From positions 1-49,094 of the forward strand of contig CAMDNF010000005.1 in the NCBI GenBank assembly GCA_945902735.1: a DNA stretch of 49,094 nucleotides, written 5' to 3'. Under the pieces are notes generated by a model. That model searched no databases. It was not told where the DNA came from and saw only the letters and a list, made by a program, of their open reading frames with translations. This DNA comes from Rhizobium sp. Q54. GTDB taxonomy: Bacteria > Pseudomonadota > Alphaproteobacteria > UBA828. Made by a program: the position numbers and the translations under genes. Shown here piece by piece: positions 40,262 to 49,094 of this stretch (the stretch's first letter is position 1; each line of letters starts with the position of its first letter).

Positions 40262-41038
40262 ATGACACCGACGCCCGATGAGGCAACAACAAAGGCCGCG
40301 CCGCGCCGCGCGCGCGGTCTGCATGCGTTTGCCAATCCGGCGCGTTTCATGCGGCTCGCGCGCGCGATCTTTCCGTTCGCGGCCGTCATCGCGGCCACCA
40401 CGCTGATCGCCGGCGTCGTGCTCGGCCTTGCGGTGGCGCCGCCCGATTATCAGCAGGGCGATGCCTATCGCATTATCTTCGTGCATGTGCCGGCGGCGTC
40501 GCTCGCCATGATCATCTACGTCATCCTGGCGCTGGCGGGGGCCGCCGCGTTGATTTGGAAGCATCCGCTCGCCGATTTGATCGGGCGCGCCAGCGCGCCG
40601 GTCGGCGCCTCGTTCACCTTCATCAATCTCCTGACCGGCTCACTCTGGGGTCAGCCGATGTGGGGCACGTGGTGGGTGTGGGATGCGCGCCTCACCTCGA
40701 TGCTGATTCTCTTTTTCGTCTATCTTGGCTATATCGCGCTCCACAGCGCGTTCGAGGACCCGACCAAGGGCGCGCGCGCCGCCGCGATTTTGGCCTTGGT
40801 TGGCGTCGTCAATTTACCGATCATCCATTTCTCGGTCGATTGGTGGAACACGCTGCATCAGCCGGCCACCATCATGAAGCTCGATCGACCGTCGATCGAT
40901 CCCTCGATGATGGCGCCGTTGTTTCTGATGTTTGTCGGTTTCATCGCTTATTATGTGCTGATGCTGACGATTCGCGTTCGAAGCGACATCATCGCGCGCC
41001 GCATTCGCAATCTGCGCCTCGCCCAATCGGCAAATTGA
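40262..41038 (+). CDS. ccmC: Heme exporter protein CcmC
   Basis: HVPAA, WWD motif WGQPMWGTWWVWDARLT and WWNTLHQ. Confidence 0.97.
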   Translation: MTPTPDEATTKAAPRRARGLHAFANPARFMRLARAIFPFAAVIAATTLIAGVVLGLAVAPPDYQQGDAYRIIFVHVPAASLAMIIYVILALAGAAALIWKHPLADLIGRASAPVGASFTFINLLTGSLWGQPMWGTWWVWDARLTSMLILFFVYLGYIALHSAFEDPTKGARAAAILALVGVVNLPIIHFSVDWWNTLHQPATIMKLDRPSIDPSMMAPLFLMFVGFIAYYVLMLTIRVRSDIIARRIRNLRLAQSAN

Positions 41039-41059
41039 AGCATTGGCAGGGAGGCTTTA

Positions 41060-41341
41060 ATGGCCCTTGCTCCCGAGCAACGACAAGAATTGGCGACCGC
41101 GCTCAAGAAAAAGCTCGAAAAGCGCTTTGGCAAGGCGATCCAGCATGGCGCGCCGGGGGCCTATGACCCAAAGGGCGCGATGTCGCGCCTGGTGCGCGAG
41201 GTTGCGGCCGAGCTTGAGGGTGAAGCGACCCATTATCAGAGCAAAGGCGATGAAGCCGCGGCCGCCATATTCCGCGCGGTGCGCGAGGAATTGCTCGACG
41301 AAGTCGCGGCCCAGGTATTTGCCAACCAGAAAAAAGCGTAG
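41060..41341 (+). CDS. Hypothetical soluble helical protein (93 aa)
   Basis: Strong RBS GGGAGG, host-like codon usage, fills the ccmC-ccmD gap; no family recognised. Confidence 0.75.
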   Translation: MALAPEQRQELATALKKKLEKRFGKAIQHGAPGAYDPKGAMSRLVREVAAELEGEATHYQSKGDEAAAAIFRAVREELLDEVAAQVFANQKKA

Positions 41342-41472
41342 ATTGCACCGTTTCGCCGCCTATCAAGGGCTCTCGCGGCGATTGGGATCACCTGTTACAT
41401 TGCGCTCGCCGGCTGAGCCGGCCGAGCCCTAGCCGGGGGCTCCTTATTCGTTCCTATGATTGAAGTTCTCCG

Positions 41473-41658
41473 ATGTCCTTTTGGGAAATGGGCGGCTACG
41501 CGGTTTATGTTTGGCCGGCCTTCGGCGCCACGGCGCTCATTTTGATTGGCCTCCTCGTGATCAGCATGAGGGTGCTTCGCGCGCGCGAACGCGCGCTTCG
41601 GGCGCTTGAAAGCGTTCATGGCGCGAAAGGCCCTGAGGGCGGAGGACACGGTTCATGA
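41473..41658 (+). CDS. ccmD: Heme exporter protein CcmD
   Basis: MGGYAVYVWPAFG, one TM helix and a basic tail; overlaps the ccmE start. Confidence 0.92.
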   Translation: MSFWEMGGYAVYVWPAFGATALILIGLLVISMRVLRARERALRALESVHGAKGPEGGGHGS

Positions 41659-42107
41659 AACGGAAGCATAAGCGGCTTCTCTTTGTCGTGGTCGGCATGG
41701 CGGCGCTCGGCATCGCGGCCGGGTTGATCGTTTCGGCGTTCGATGAAAATCTCGTGTTCTTCTTCAGCCCAACCGAATTGCAAGGAAAGGCGTTGAACCC
41801 CGATCAGCGCATTCGCGTTGGCGGCTTGGTCGAGGAAGGTAGCCTTGCGAAGGAGACCGATGGGGTGACATTTTGGTTTCGGGTGACCGATCTCACCACG
41901 GCGCAAACGGTCAATTACAAGGGCCTGCTGCCCGATTTGTTTCGTGAGGGGCAGGGCATCGTGGCAGAAGGCAAGATGCGCGCCGATGGCGTCTTCGAGG
42001 CCGAAGAGGTGTTGGCCAAGCACGATGAGAATTACATGCCGCGCGAAGTTGCCGACGCGCTCAAAAAATCGGGTCAGTGGAAGGGCCAGACCGAGGCGGG
42101 CCAGTGA
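41655..42107 (+). CDS. ccmE: Heme chaperone CcmE
   Basis: RVGGLV, LPDLFREGQG and LAKHDENY (HxxxY). Confidence 0.97.
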   Translation: MKRKHKRLLFVVVGMAALGIAAGLIVSAFDENLVFFFSPTELQGKALNPDQRIRVGGLVEEGSLAKETDGVTFWFRVTDLTTAQTVNYKGLLPDLFREGQGIVAEGKMRADGVFEAEEVLAKHDENYMPREVADALKKSGQWKGQTEAGQ

Positions 42108-44104
42108 GCGCTGAACTCGGCAATTATGCGCTGATCCTTGCGCTCGTGATGGCGATTGCCCAGGGTATTCTGCCTATGGTTGGCGCCACGCGGCGCAATG
42201 ACAATTTGATGGCGCTCGCGGCCCCGACCGTGATCGGGCAGTTCGTTTTCGTCTCCATGGCGTTCGCTTGTTTGATGTACGCCTATGTCGTGTCCGATTT
42301 CTCGGTCATGAACGTCGCGGCGAACAGCCATTCCGACAAGCCGCTGCTCTACAAATTCACCGCGGTCTGGGGCAATCACGAAGGCTCGATGGTGCTCTGG
42401 GTCTGGATTCTGAGCGTCTATGGCTTGGCGGTCGCGGCGTTTGGCGGAAATTTGCCGCCGGCGTTGAAAGCGCGCGCCTTGTCGATTCAGGGGTTGATTG
42501 GTGTCGGCTTCTTGCTGTTCTCGATCGGAACTTCGAACCCGTTCGAACGGCTCGACCCGGCACCGATCAACGGCAATGACCTCAATCCGCTTCTGCAAGA
42601 TCCCGGCCTCGCCTTCCATCCGCCGCTGCTCTATTTCGGCTATGTCGGGCTGTCGATGCCGTTCTCCTTCGCGATCGCCGCGTTGATCGAGGGCCGCGTC
42701 GATCCAGCCTGGGCGCGTTGGGTCAGGCCGTGGACGCTGGTGTCGTGGATGGCGTTGACCGCCGGCATCACGCTGGGTTCTTGGTGGGCCTATTACGAAC
42801 TCGGTTGGGGCGGCTTTTGGTTTTGGGACCCGGTCGAGAACGCGTCCTTCATGCCATGGTTGATGGCGACCGCGCTGCTGCACTCCGCGCTTGTGGCAGA
42901 AAAACGCGACGCTCTCAAAAGTTGGACCGTGCTGCTCGCGATCCTCGCCTTTTCGCTGTCATTGCTCGGCACGTTCCTGGTGCGCTCGGGCGTGCTGACC
43001 TCGGTGCACAGTTTTGCGAGCGACCCCGCGCGCGGCGCCTATATTCTCGGCTTCCTTATCTTCGTGGTCGGCGGCTCGCTCGCCCTCTATGCGTGGCGCG
43101 CGCCATCGCTGAAAGCCGGCGGCACCTTCAAGCCGATCTCGCGCGAGGGCGCCTTGTTGTTCAACAATCTCTTGCTGGTGGTCGGCTGCGCCACGGTGTT
43201 CGTGGGCGAGCTTTACCCCATCGTGCTCGATGCGATCAATGGCGCCAAGGTATCGGTCGGCCCGCCCTTCTACGAAAAAACCTTCGTGCCGCTGATGGCG
43301 CCTCTGCTGTTGGTCGCGGCGGCGGGGCCGATGCTCGCGTGGAAGCGCGCCGATTGGCCTGGTGTGGTACAGCGCTTAAGCCTTGCGTTCGTGGCGTTGG
43401 CCGCGGTGATCGCCTTGGTCTATGCGCTGCATGGTGGGCCGATCGGCCCGGCGATTGGGCTCGGGATCGCGGCCTGGCTGTTCACAGGGGCCGCGGTAGA
43501 GTTCGCCGATCGTTTAAAATTGTTTCGGGTGCCGGCGCGTGAATCTCTAACGCGTCTCTCCGGTCTGCCGCGCTCGGCGTTCGGCACGACGCTCGCCCAT
43601 ATGGGGATGGCGGTCTTGGTGGTTGGCAGTGTAGCCGGCACGGCGTGGCGTACCGAAACGATCGCGGTCATGCAGCCGGGCGATCAAGCGGAACTCGCCG
43701 GCTATACGGTGATTCTCAACACCCTCGGCGAATCGAAGGGGCCGAACTACACCGCGCAGATCGCCGAGATGCGGCTTGAGCGCGATGGCGAACTTCGCGA
43801 TCTCATGTATCCCGAGAAGCGCTTTTATCCGGTGCAGGGCACGCAGACCACCGAGGCCGCCATTCGTACCACTTGGTTTGCCGATTTTTATATCGCGCTG
43901 GGCGACCCCGATGAGTCGAGCGGCGGGATCGGCGTCAGGCTCTATCACAACCCGTTCGTGCCGTGGATTTGGATCGGTGCTTTGATGCTGGTTTTGGGCG
44001 GCGGCTTTTCGCTCTCCGATCGGCGCTTGCGTGTCGGTGCGCCCGCGCGGCGCCGGGCGCCGAAGACACAGGCCGTATCGGCAAGTGAGTCAAGCAACGC
44101 ATGA
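42104..44104 (+). CDS. ccmF: Heme lyase CcmF
   Basis: GTG 42104 overlaps the ccmE stop; WGNHEGS, HPPLLY, WAYYELGWGGFWFWDPVENAS and SVHSF motifs. Confidence 0.97.
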   Translation: MSAELGNYALILALVMAIAQGILPMVGATRRNDNLMALAAPTVIGQFVFVSMAFACLMYAYVVSDFSVMNVAANSHSDKPLLYKFTAVWGNHEGSMVLWVWILSVYGLAVAAFGGNLPPALKARALSIQGLIGVGFLLFSIGTSNPFERLDPAPINGNDLNPLLQDPGLAFHPPLLYFGYVGLSMPFSFAIAALIEGRVDPAWARWVRPWTLVSWMALTAGITLGSWWAYYELGWGGFWFWDPVENASFMPWLMATALLHSALVAEKRDALKSWTVLLAILAFSLSLLGTFLVRSGVLTSVHSFASDPARGAYILGFLIFVVGGSLALYAWRAPSLKAGGTFKPISREGALLFNNLLLVVGCATVFVGELYPIVLDAINGAKVSVGPPFYEKTFVPLMAPLLLVAAAGPMLAWKRADWPGVVQRLSLAFVALAAVIALVYALHGGPIGPAIGLGIAAWLFTGAAVEFADRLKLFRVPARESLTRLSGLPRSAFGTTLAHMGMAVLVVGSVAGTAWRTETIAVMQPGDQAELAGYTVILNTLGESKGPNYTAQIAEMRLERDGELRDLMYPEKRFYPVQGTQTTEAAIRTTWFADFYIALGDPDESSGGIGVRLYHNPFVPWIWIGALMLVLGGGFSLSDRRLRVGAPARRRAPKTQAVSASESSNA

Positions 44105-44703
44105 GCGATTTGCCGGAGCCAAGCGAAGCAGCGACGGATAAGCCGCGCTCGTTTATCAAGCGCCTTTGGTTCGTGCTGCCGGTGCTTGTGTTTGTCGTGA
44201 TCGCGGTTGTGCTGGCGGTCGGGCTCGGCCGGCAAAGCAATGAGCACGCGCGCGATTTGCCCTCGGCCTTGGTCGACAAGCCGCTCCCCACATTCAACCT
44301 GCCGCCGGTCGAGGGCTATGAGACCGGGCTGTCGGACGGCGATATCAAAGCGGCTGGGGTGTCGCTCCTCAATGTGTTCGCGTCCTGGTGCGGGCCATGC
44401 CGGGTCGAGCATCCGGTGTGGATGGACTATGCCAAACAACCAGATGCGGTGCCGATCTTCGGTCTCAATTACAAGGACCAGCCGGAAAACGCCTCGAGCT
44501 GGCTCAAGAAACTCGGCGATCCTTATAGAAAAATAGGCGCCGATCTCAATGGTCGCGTGGGCATTGATTTCGGCGTCTATGGCGTGCCGGAAACTTTTGT
44601 GTTCGATAAATCGGGGCGTATCGTCTTCAAGCATGTCGGCGTGATGACGCGAAAGGATCTCGATGAGACGATCCTGCCGCTGATCGCGCGCCTCAAGGGC
44701 TGA
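44101..44703 (+). CDS. ccmG: Thiol:disulfide interchange protein CcmG/DsbE
   Basis: FASWCGPCRVEHP and GVYGVPET motifs. Confidence 0.95.
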   Translation: MSDLPEPSEAATDKPRSFIKRLWFVLPVLVFVVIAVVLAVGLGRQSNEHARDLPSALVDKPLPTFNLPPVEGYETGLSDGDIKAAGVSLLNVFASWCGPCRVEHPVWMDYAKQPDAVPIFGLNYKDQPENASSWLKKLGDPYRKIGADLNGRVGIDFGVYGVPETFVFDKSGRIVFKHVGVMTRKDLDETILPLIARLKG

Positions 44704-44706
44704 ACG

Positions 44707-45177
44707 ATGAATTGGCGTGCAGCGCTCGTCGCGGCTTTCTTGATCGCGCTCCCGGTCACGTCGTGGGCCGCGGTCGATCGGCCGCTTGAGGACGCCACGC
44801 TCGAAGCGCGCGCCTTGAAACTGAATCAAGAGATTCGCTGTTTGGTCTGTCAGGGCCAATCGGTTGCCGATTCGAATGCCGGCCTCGCTTATGATTTGCG
44901 CCAATTGGTTCGTGAGCGCGTGGCGGCGGGCGATAGCGACGCGGCGGTGTTGGATTATTTGCACGCGCGCTATGGCGATTTCGTTTTGCTCGAGCCGCCG
45001 GTCAAGCCGGCGACCTATGCGCTTTGGTTCGGCCCGCCGGTATTGCTCGTGATTGGCGGCGTTGCGGTGCTCTTGTTCCATCGGCGCAATCGCAAGCGCA
45101 ATGCGGCGACGCCCACGCCGTTGAATGAGGCCGAACGCCGGGCGTTCGATAGATTGTTGAAAGATGACGGTCCATGA
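44707..45177 (+). CDS. ccmH: Cytochrome c biogenesis protein CcmH
   Basis: IRCLVCQGQSVADS and RYGDFVLLEPP motifs. Confidence 0.95.
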   Translation: MNWRAALVAAFLIALPVTSWAAVDRPLEDATLEARALKLNQEIRCLVCQGQSVADSNAGLAYDLRQLVRERVAAGDSDAAVLDYLHARYGDFVLLEPPVKPATYALWFGPPVLLVIGGVAVLLFHRRNRKRNAATPTPLNEAERRAFDRLLKDDGP

Positions 45178-45224
45178 CCATGGACCGCGTCGATCACCGG
45201 AAATTGGGTTGAGGGCAGAGACCG

Positions 45225-46619
45225 ATGCTTTGGCTCGTCATCGCCCTCATGACGCTCATCGCGCTTGCGCTTCTCGCTTGGCCGTTCGTGCGTCGGCGGC
45301 ACATATCGGCGCCGCGCGATGCCTATGACCTGAACGTTTATCGCGATCAATTGCGCGAACTCGACAACGACCTTGCGCGCGGCCTCATCAACGCGACCGA
45401 GGCCGATGGCGCGCGGCTCGAAATCCAACGCCGGATGTTGAGATTGACGCCTGCGCCGGCAGCACCGGCGTCTACGCCCGAGCTCGCGCCGCGCCGATGG
45501 ACGTTCCGCCAAATCGCGCCGCTCGGCACGCTCGGGCTTCTGGTGCCCGCCGCGGCGCTTGCGCTTTATGCCTCGATCGGTTCGCCCAATCTGCCGTCGC
45601 GCCCATTCGCCGAAGCCAATCAAGCGGGCGATCGGCAAGGCCAACGCATCGATGCCGCCATTACAAAATTAAAGGAGCGACTCGAAGCCGAGCCCAACAA
45701 TCTCGATGGCTGGGTCATGCTCGGCCGCTCGTTGATCGCGCTTGATCGTCATGGTGAGGCGGTCGTCGCGCTGAAGCGCGCCGCGGCGCTCTCGGGCGAC
45801 GATCCAGAGATCGTCGCCGCCTTGGCCGAATCGATGATTTTCGAAGCGCAGGGCACGGTGACGCCCGAAGCGCGTCAATTGTTCGAGGCGGTGCGCGAGA
45901 AGAATCCGATGGATACGGCGGCGCTCTATTATGTCGGTCTCGCCGAGGCGCAAGCGGGGAACGCGAAAGGTGCGCTTGAGCTGTGGGAAACCTTAGCCGC
46001 CGCGACGCCGGGCGATGCGCCCTGGCGTAATGATTTGGTCGCGCTCATGAAGCAGGCTGCCGCGGAGCTCGGTGTCGAACCCAAGGTTTTGCCGCCAGCG
46101 CCGCCTGAACCAAAAGCGGCAAACACGCCAGGCCCAAGCGCGGATGAGATGGCCGAGGCGGCCCAGATGGCGCCGGAAGAGCAACAGGCCATGATCCGTT
46201 CCATGGTTGATGGGCTCGCCGCGCGCCTCGAGCGAAAGCCGAATGATTTGGACGGTTGGAAGCGGCTTTCGGTTTCCTATCGCGTGTTGGGCGAGATCGA
46301 CAAGGCCTTGCCCGCCTATAAGCGCGTCGCCGAACTTGCGCCCGACAATGCCGGCGCGCTGACCGATTATGCCCGGGCCATTCTCGACGCGGCGCCCGCC
46401 AGCGAACGCTTGCCCGAGGAATCGATCGCGCTCTATCGACGCGCGCTCGCGCTCGACCCCAAGCATCTCGACGCGCTCTGGTTTGTCGGCTATGCCGAGG
46501 CAACCGCCATGCCGCCCAACAAGGACGCCGCGCGCGGCTATTGGCAGACCCTGCTGCCCCTATTGCCGCCCGGTTCGGCGGCGCACAAATCGGTCGAGGC
46601 GGCGCTCAAGGCGCTCTGA
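45225..46619 (+). CDS. ccmI: Cytochrome c biogenesis protein CcmI/CycH (TPR)
   Basis: Two TM helices around VYRDQLREL..D..RGLI, then TPR repeats and MIRSMVDGLAARL. Confidence 0.92.
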   Translation: MLWLVIALMTLIALALLAWPFVRRRHISAPRDAYDLNVYRDQLRELDNDLARGLINATEADGARLEIQRRMLRLTPAPAAPASTPELAPRRWTFRQIAPLGTLGLLVPAAALALYASIGSPNLPSRPFAEANQAGDRQGQRIDAAITKLKERLEAEPNNLDGWVMLGRSLIALDRHGEAVVALKRAAALSGDDPEIVAALAESMIFEAQGTVTPEARQLFEAVREKNPMDTAALYYVGLAEAQAGNAKGALELWETLAAATPGDAPWRNDLVALMKQAAAELGVEPKVLPPAPPEPKAANTPGPSADEMAEAAQMAPEEQQAMIRSMVDGLAARLERKPNDLDGWKRLSVSYRVLGEIDKALPAYKRVAELAPDNAGALTDYARAILDAAPASERLPEESIALYRRALALDPKHLDALWFVGYAEATAMPPNKDAARGYWQTLLPLLPPGSAAHKSVEAALKAL

Positions 46620-46661
46620 CCCCACTGGGCAAGCGTCGAGACGGATGGTTTTGGCGAGAAG

Positions 46662-46737
<76 letters not shown>

Positions 46738-46782
46738 ACGCGAAACCTCTGGAATGCCCCGGCCACCGGCCGGCGCGCCGGG

Positions 46783-46812
46783 ATAATGTGGGCCGCCCCC
46801 GCGCACTGTCAA
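46783..46812 (-). promoter_or_regulatory. Candidate sigma70 promoter of tRNA-Ala
   Basis: TTGACA (46812-46807), 18-nt spacer, CATTAT (46788-46783), followed by a GC-rich discriminator. Confidence 0.6.
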
Positions 46813-46981
46813 GGGAACCGCCCGGCCGGCGCGAAAGACGCAGGCTAAGGCCGCAGGGTAAACAAATCCTATCGGCAGCGGCGCGGGCGTCGATGCGTTT
46901 TGTCGGTTCTAGATGGTTGCTGAGCCGCAATTCGCTATACTCCCGCGCGATTCGCGCCGTTTCCGGCGATTCGGAGAAGCC

Positions 46982-47266
46982 ATGAACGCGCTTGCTACGC
47001 TCATCGACACGGTGGTTCAGATTTACATCTATCTGCTGATCGCCTCGGCGTTGATCAGCTGGTTGACCGCCTTGAACATCATCAATGTTCGCCATCGGGC
47101 GGTCTATCTGGTTTTGAATTTCCTCTATCGGGTCACCGAGCCCGTGCTGCGCCCGATCCGACGGATTATTCCCTCGATCGGCGGCATCGATATCTCGCCG
47201 ATCATTTTGATCATCGCGCTGCATTTCGTCTGTCAATTGATCGTGGACAATCTCCGCGGGCTTTGA
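46982..47266 (+). CDS. yggT: YggT family membrane protein
   Basis: ATG 46982 after GGAGA; [19 protein letters not shown] and GGIDISP motifs. Confidence 0.92.
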   Translation: MNALATLIDTVVQIYIYLLIASALISWLTALNIINVRHRAVYLVLNFLYRVTEPVLRPIRRIIPSIGGIDISPIILIIALHFVCQLIVDNLRGL

Positions 47267-47343
47267 GGGCCGTGGTCAGGATCGAAGGCGATCCTGCTAT
47301 GCTCGAACTCAGGCTCAAATCGTGGCTCGAGGGGAGCGAATGA
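47263..47343 (+). pseudogene. Probable internally deleted DUF167/YggU remnant (26-codon mini-ORF)
   Basis: TTG overlaps the yggT stop and TGA overlaps the folD ATG; (M)[25 protein letters not shown] resembles the alphaproteobacterial DUF167 C-terminus at its usual locus. Confidence 0.6.
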
Positions 47344-48221
47344 CGGCAAACAACATCATCGACGGCAAGGCCTTCGCCGAAGGCCTGCGCAAGGACATCG
47401 CCGGCCATGTCGCCCGGCTCAAGGCGGCCCATGGTCTGATCCCCGGCCTTTCGGTCGTGCTGGTGGGCGATGACCCGGCTAGCCATGTCTATGTTCGCAA
47501 CAAGGGCAAGGCGACGCTTGAGGCCGGCATGAAGTCGGAAGAATTTCGTCTGCCGGCAAGCGCCACGCAGGCCGAGGTGCTGGCCCGCGTCGAGGCGCTC
47601 AACAACGATCCCACCGTGCACGGCATTCTCGTGCAATTGCCGCTGCCCAAGCAGGTCAATTCCGCCGCCATCATCAACGCGATCGACCCGAATAAGGACG
47701 TCGATGGATTTCATGTCGTCAATGTCGGCCGTCTGAACACCGGCCAACCCAGCATGGTGCCGTGCACGCCCTTGGGGTGCCTCCTGATGTTGAAACACCA
47801 TCTCGGCAATCTCGCGGGCAAGCGCGCGGTCGTGGTTGGGCGCTCCAACATTGTCGGCAAACCGATGGCGGCGTTGCTGTTGGGCGAAAGTTGCACGGTT
47901 ACCATCGCGCATTCGTGCACCGCCGATTTGCCGGGCGAGGTGCGACGTGCCGATATCGTCATCGCCGCGGTCGGCAAGGCCGAGATGGTGCGCGGCGATT
48001 GGATCAAGCCGGGCGCCACCGTGATCGATGTCGGCATCAATCGCATCGAGCGCGATGGCAAAGCGAAATTGGTCGGCGATGTGGCGTTCGATGAGGCGGT
48101 CAAGGTCGCTGGCCTGATCACGCCGGTGCCGGGCGGCGTCGGCCCGATGACAATCGCGTGCCTCTTGCGCAACACGGTGACGGCGGCGTGCCGCATCAAA
48201 GGGATACCGGACCCGCAATGA
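47340..48221 (+). CDS. folD: Methylene-THF dehydrogenase/cyclohydrolase FolD
   Basis: [32 protein letters not shown] and PGGVGPMT motifs; ATG 47340. Confidence 0.98.
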   Translation: MTANNIIDGKAFAEGLRKDIAGHVARLKAAHGLIPGLSVVLVGDDPASHVYVRNKGKATLEAGMKSEEFRLPASATQAEVLARVEALNNDPTVHGILVQLPLPKQVNSAAIINAIDPNKDVDGFHVVNVGRLNTGQPSMVPCTPLGCLLMLKHHLGNLAGKRAVVVGRSNIVGKPMAALLLGESCTVTIAHSCTADLPGEVRRADIVIAAVGKAEMVRGDWIKPGATVIDVGINRIERDGKAKLVGDVAFDEAVKVAGLITPVPGGVGPMTIACLLRNTVTAACRIKGIPDPQ

Positions 48222-48859
48222 TCGACACCCTATGGGGCTTGGCGCTCGCAACCGCGGCATTTTACGGGCTTCATCTGGTGCCCTCGATCCCGGGCTTGCG
48301 GCCACGCTTGGTTGGGTGGCTGACGCTCCGCGGCTATCGCTCGCTGTTCTCGCTTGTGGCGGCGGCGACGTTTGCTTGGTTGATCGTCGCCCACCCGGCG
48401 CCCTATACCGAAATTTGGCAGATCGGGTCATGGGCGCGGCTGATCCCGCTCGTGGTCATGCCCTTTGCGTTGTGCCTGCTCATTCTCGTCTATACCGCGC
48501 CGGTCGAGGCCAAGAAGATTGCGCGTCATCCGATGCTGATTTCGGTGCTGCTCTGGGCGCTCGCGCATATTTTGCCGAATGGCGATGCCGGTTCGCTCAT
48601 TCTGTTTGGCGGCACGGCCCTCTTCGCGCTAGTCGACATGCCGCTGGCCGATGCGCGGTTGCGGCGCACCGATCCCGCGGCGTGTGCTGAGCTCGCGCGT
48701 CGCACCTCGTTCGATCCGTTCGTCGCTCTCGCGCAGGGGCGTGCCGGCGGACTCGATCTGCGCAAGGTGATGGTGCGGGGTGTTTTGCCCGCGATCATCC
48801 TCTATCTCGTCATTCTGTTCGCGCACGAATTCGTTTTCGGGTTCTCGGCGCTGCCTTGA
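48218..48859 (+). CDS. NnrU family membrane protein
   Basis: ATG 48218 overlaps the folD stop; H..PS.PGLR..L, Y..LFSL and RHPML...[12 protein letters not shown] motifs. Confidence 0.85.
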   Translation: MIDTLWGLALATAAFYGLHLVPSIPGLRPRLVGWLTLRGYRSLFSLVAAATFAWLIVAHPAPYTEIWQIGSWARLIPLVVMPFALCLLILVYTAPVEAKKIARHPMLISVLLWALAHILPNGDAGSLILFGGTALFALVDMPLADARLRRTDPAACAELARRTSFDPFVALAQGRAGGLDLRKVMVRGVLPAIILYLVILFAHEFVFGFSALP

Positions 48860-48869
48860 ATTTCAGGTT

Positions 48870-49094
48870 TCAGCCGCCAATCAACTTGTGGCCAATCCGC
48901 CAAAGGCCATACGTCCGCACCACTTCTCCGGCCGCTTTCATTCGAGAAAGTGCGGGTGAAAGAGACGATGGGGCGAGGCTCGAGAGACCCATTTCACGAA
49001 GCTCGTGCAAGATTTGTTGTGATGTCAGACCTGCCGGATGACATCTAAGAAGGCCAAGAACGCGTGTCCTAAGCGAACCTTCCGATGGAACGAT
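48870..49094 (-). CDS. 3' end of a hypothetical winged helix-turn-helix protein (starts beyond the right edge)
   Basis: Not in the ORF track. Open frame [74 protein letters not shown]; lower GC than the core genes. Confidence 0.55.
   Translation of the reverse strand: MVPSEGSLRTRVLGLLRCHPAGLTSQQILHELREMGLSSLAPSSLSPALSRMKAAGEVVRTYGLWRIGHKLIGG

Overview
GC-rich alphaproteobacterial chromosome segment with Rhodospirillales-like gene order, mostly core genome. 1-19.7 kb is one minus-strand run: rnd-kdsD-lptCAB-rpoN-ptsN-hprK-rapZ-EIIA(Man)-HPr-EI-ahcY-divL-tsaE-amgK-murU-addB-addA(partial), with hpf absent between rpoN and ptsN. Next come an NDUFA9-like SDR, uppP and gltDB. An accessory block at about 28-35 kb contains a 149-bp MITE-like element with 15-bp terminal inverted repeats, an F420-type LLM oxidoreductase, a lower-GC MtlR/HEPN-like gene bracketed by imperfect 23-bp inverted repeats, an NTF2-like protein, an old yellow enzyme, an EF-hand/ECF sigma/anti-sigma/periplasmic sensor operon and an FAD oxidoreductase. 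Then acnA, an alpha/beta hydrolase, a contiguous ccmABC-(orphan)-DEFGHI operon, tRNA-Ala(CGC), yggT, a 26-codon in-frame DUF167-like remnant coupling yggT to folD, folD, nnrU, and the 3' end of a winged-helix gene at the right edge. No CRISPR array, prophage, integrase or transposase was seen. Family calls come from reading motifs and synteny, not from database searches.
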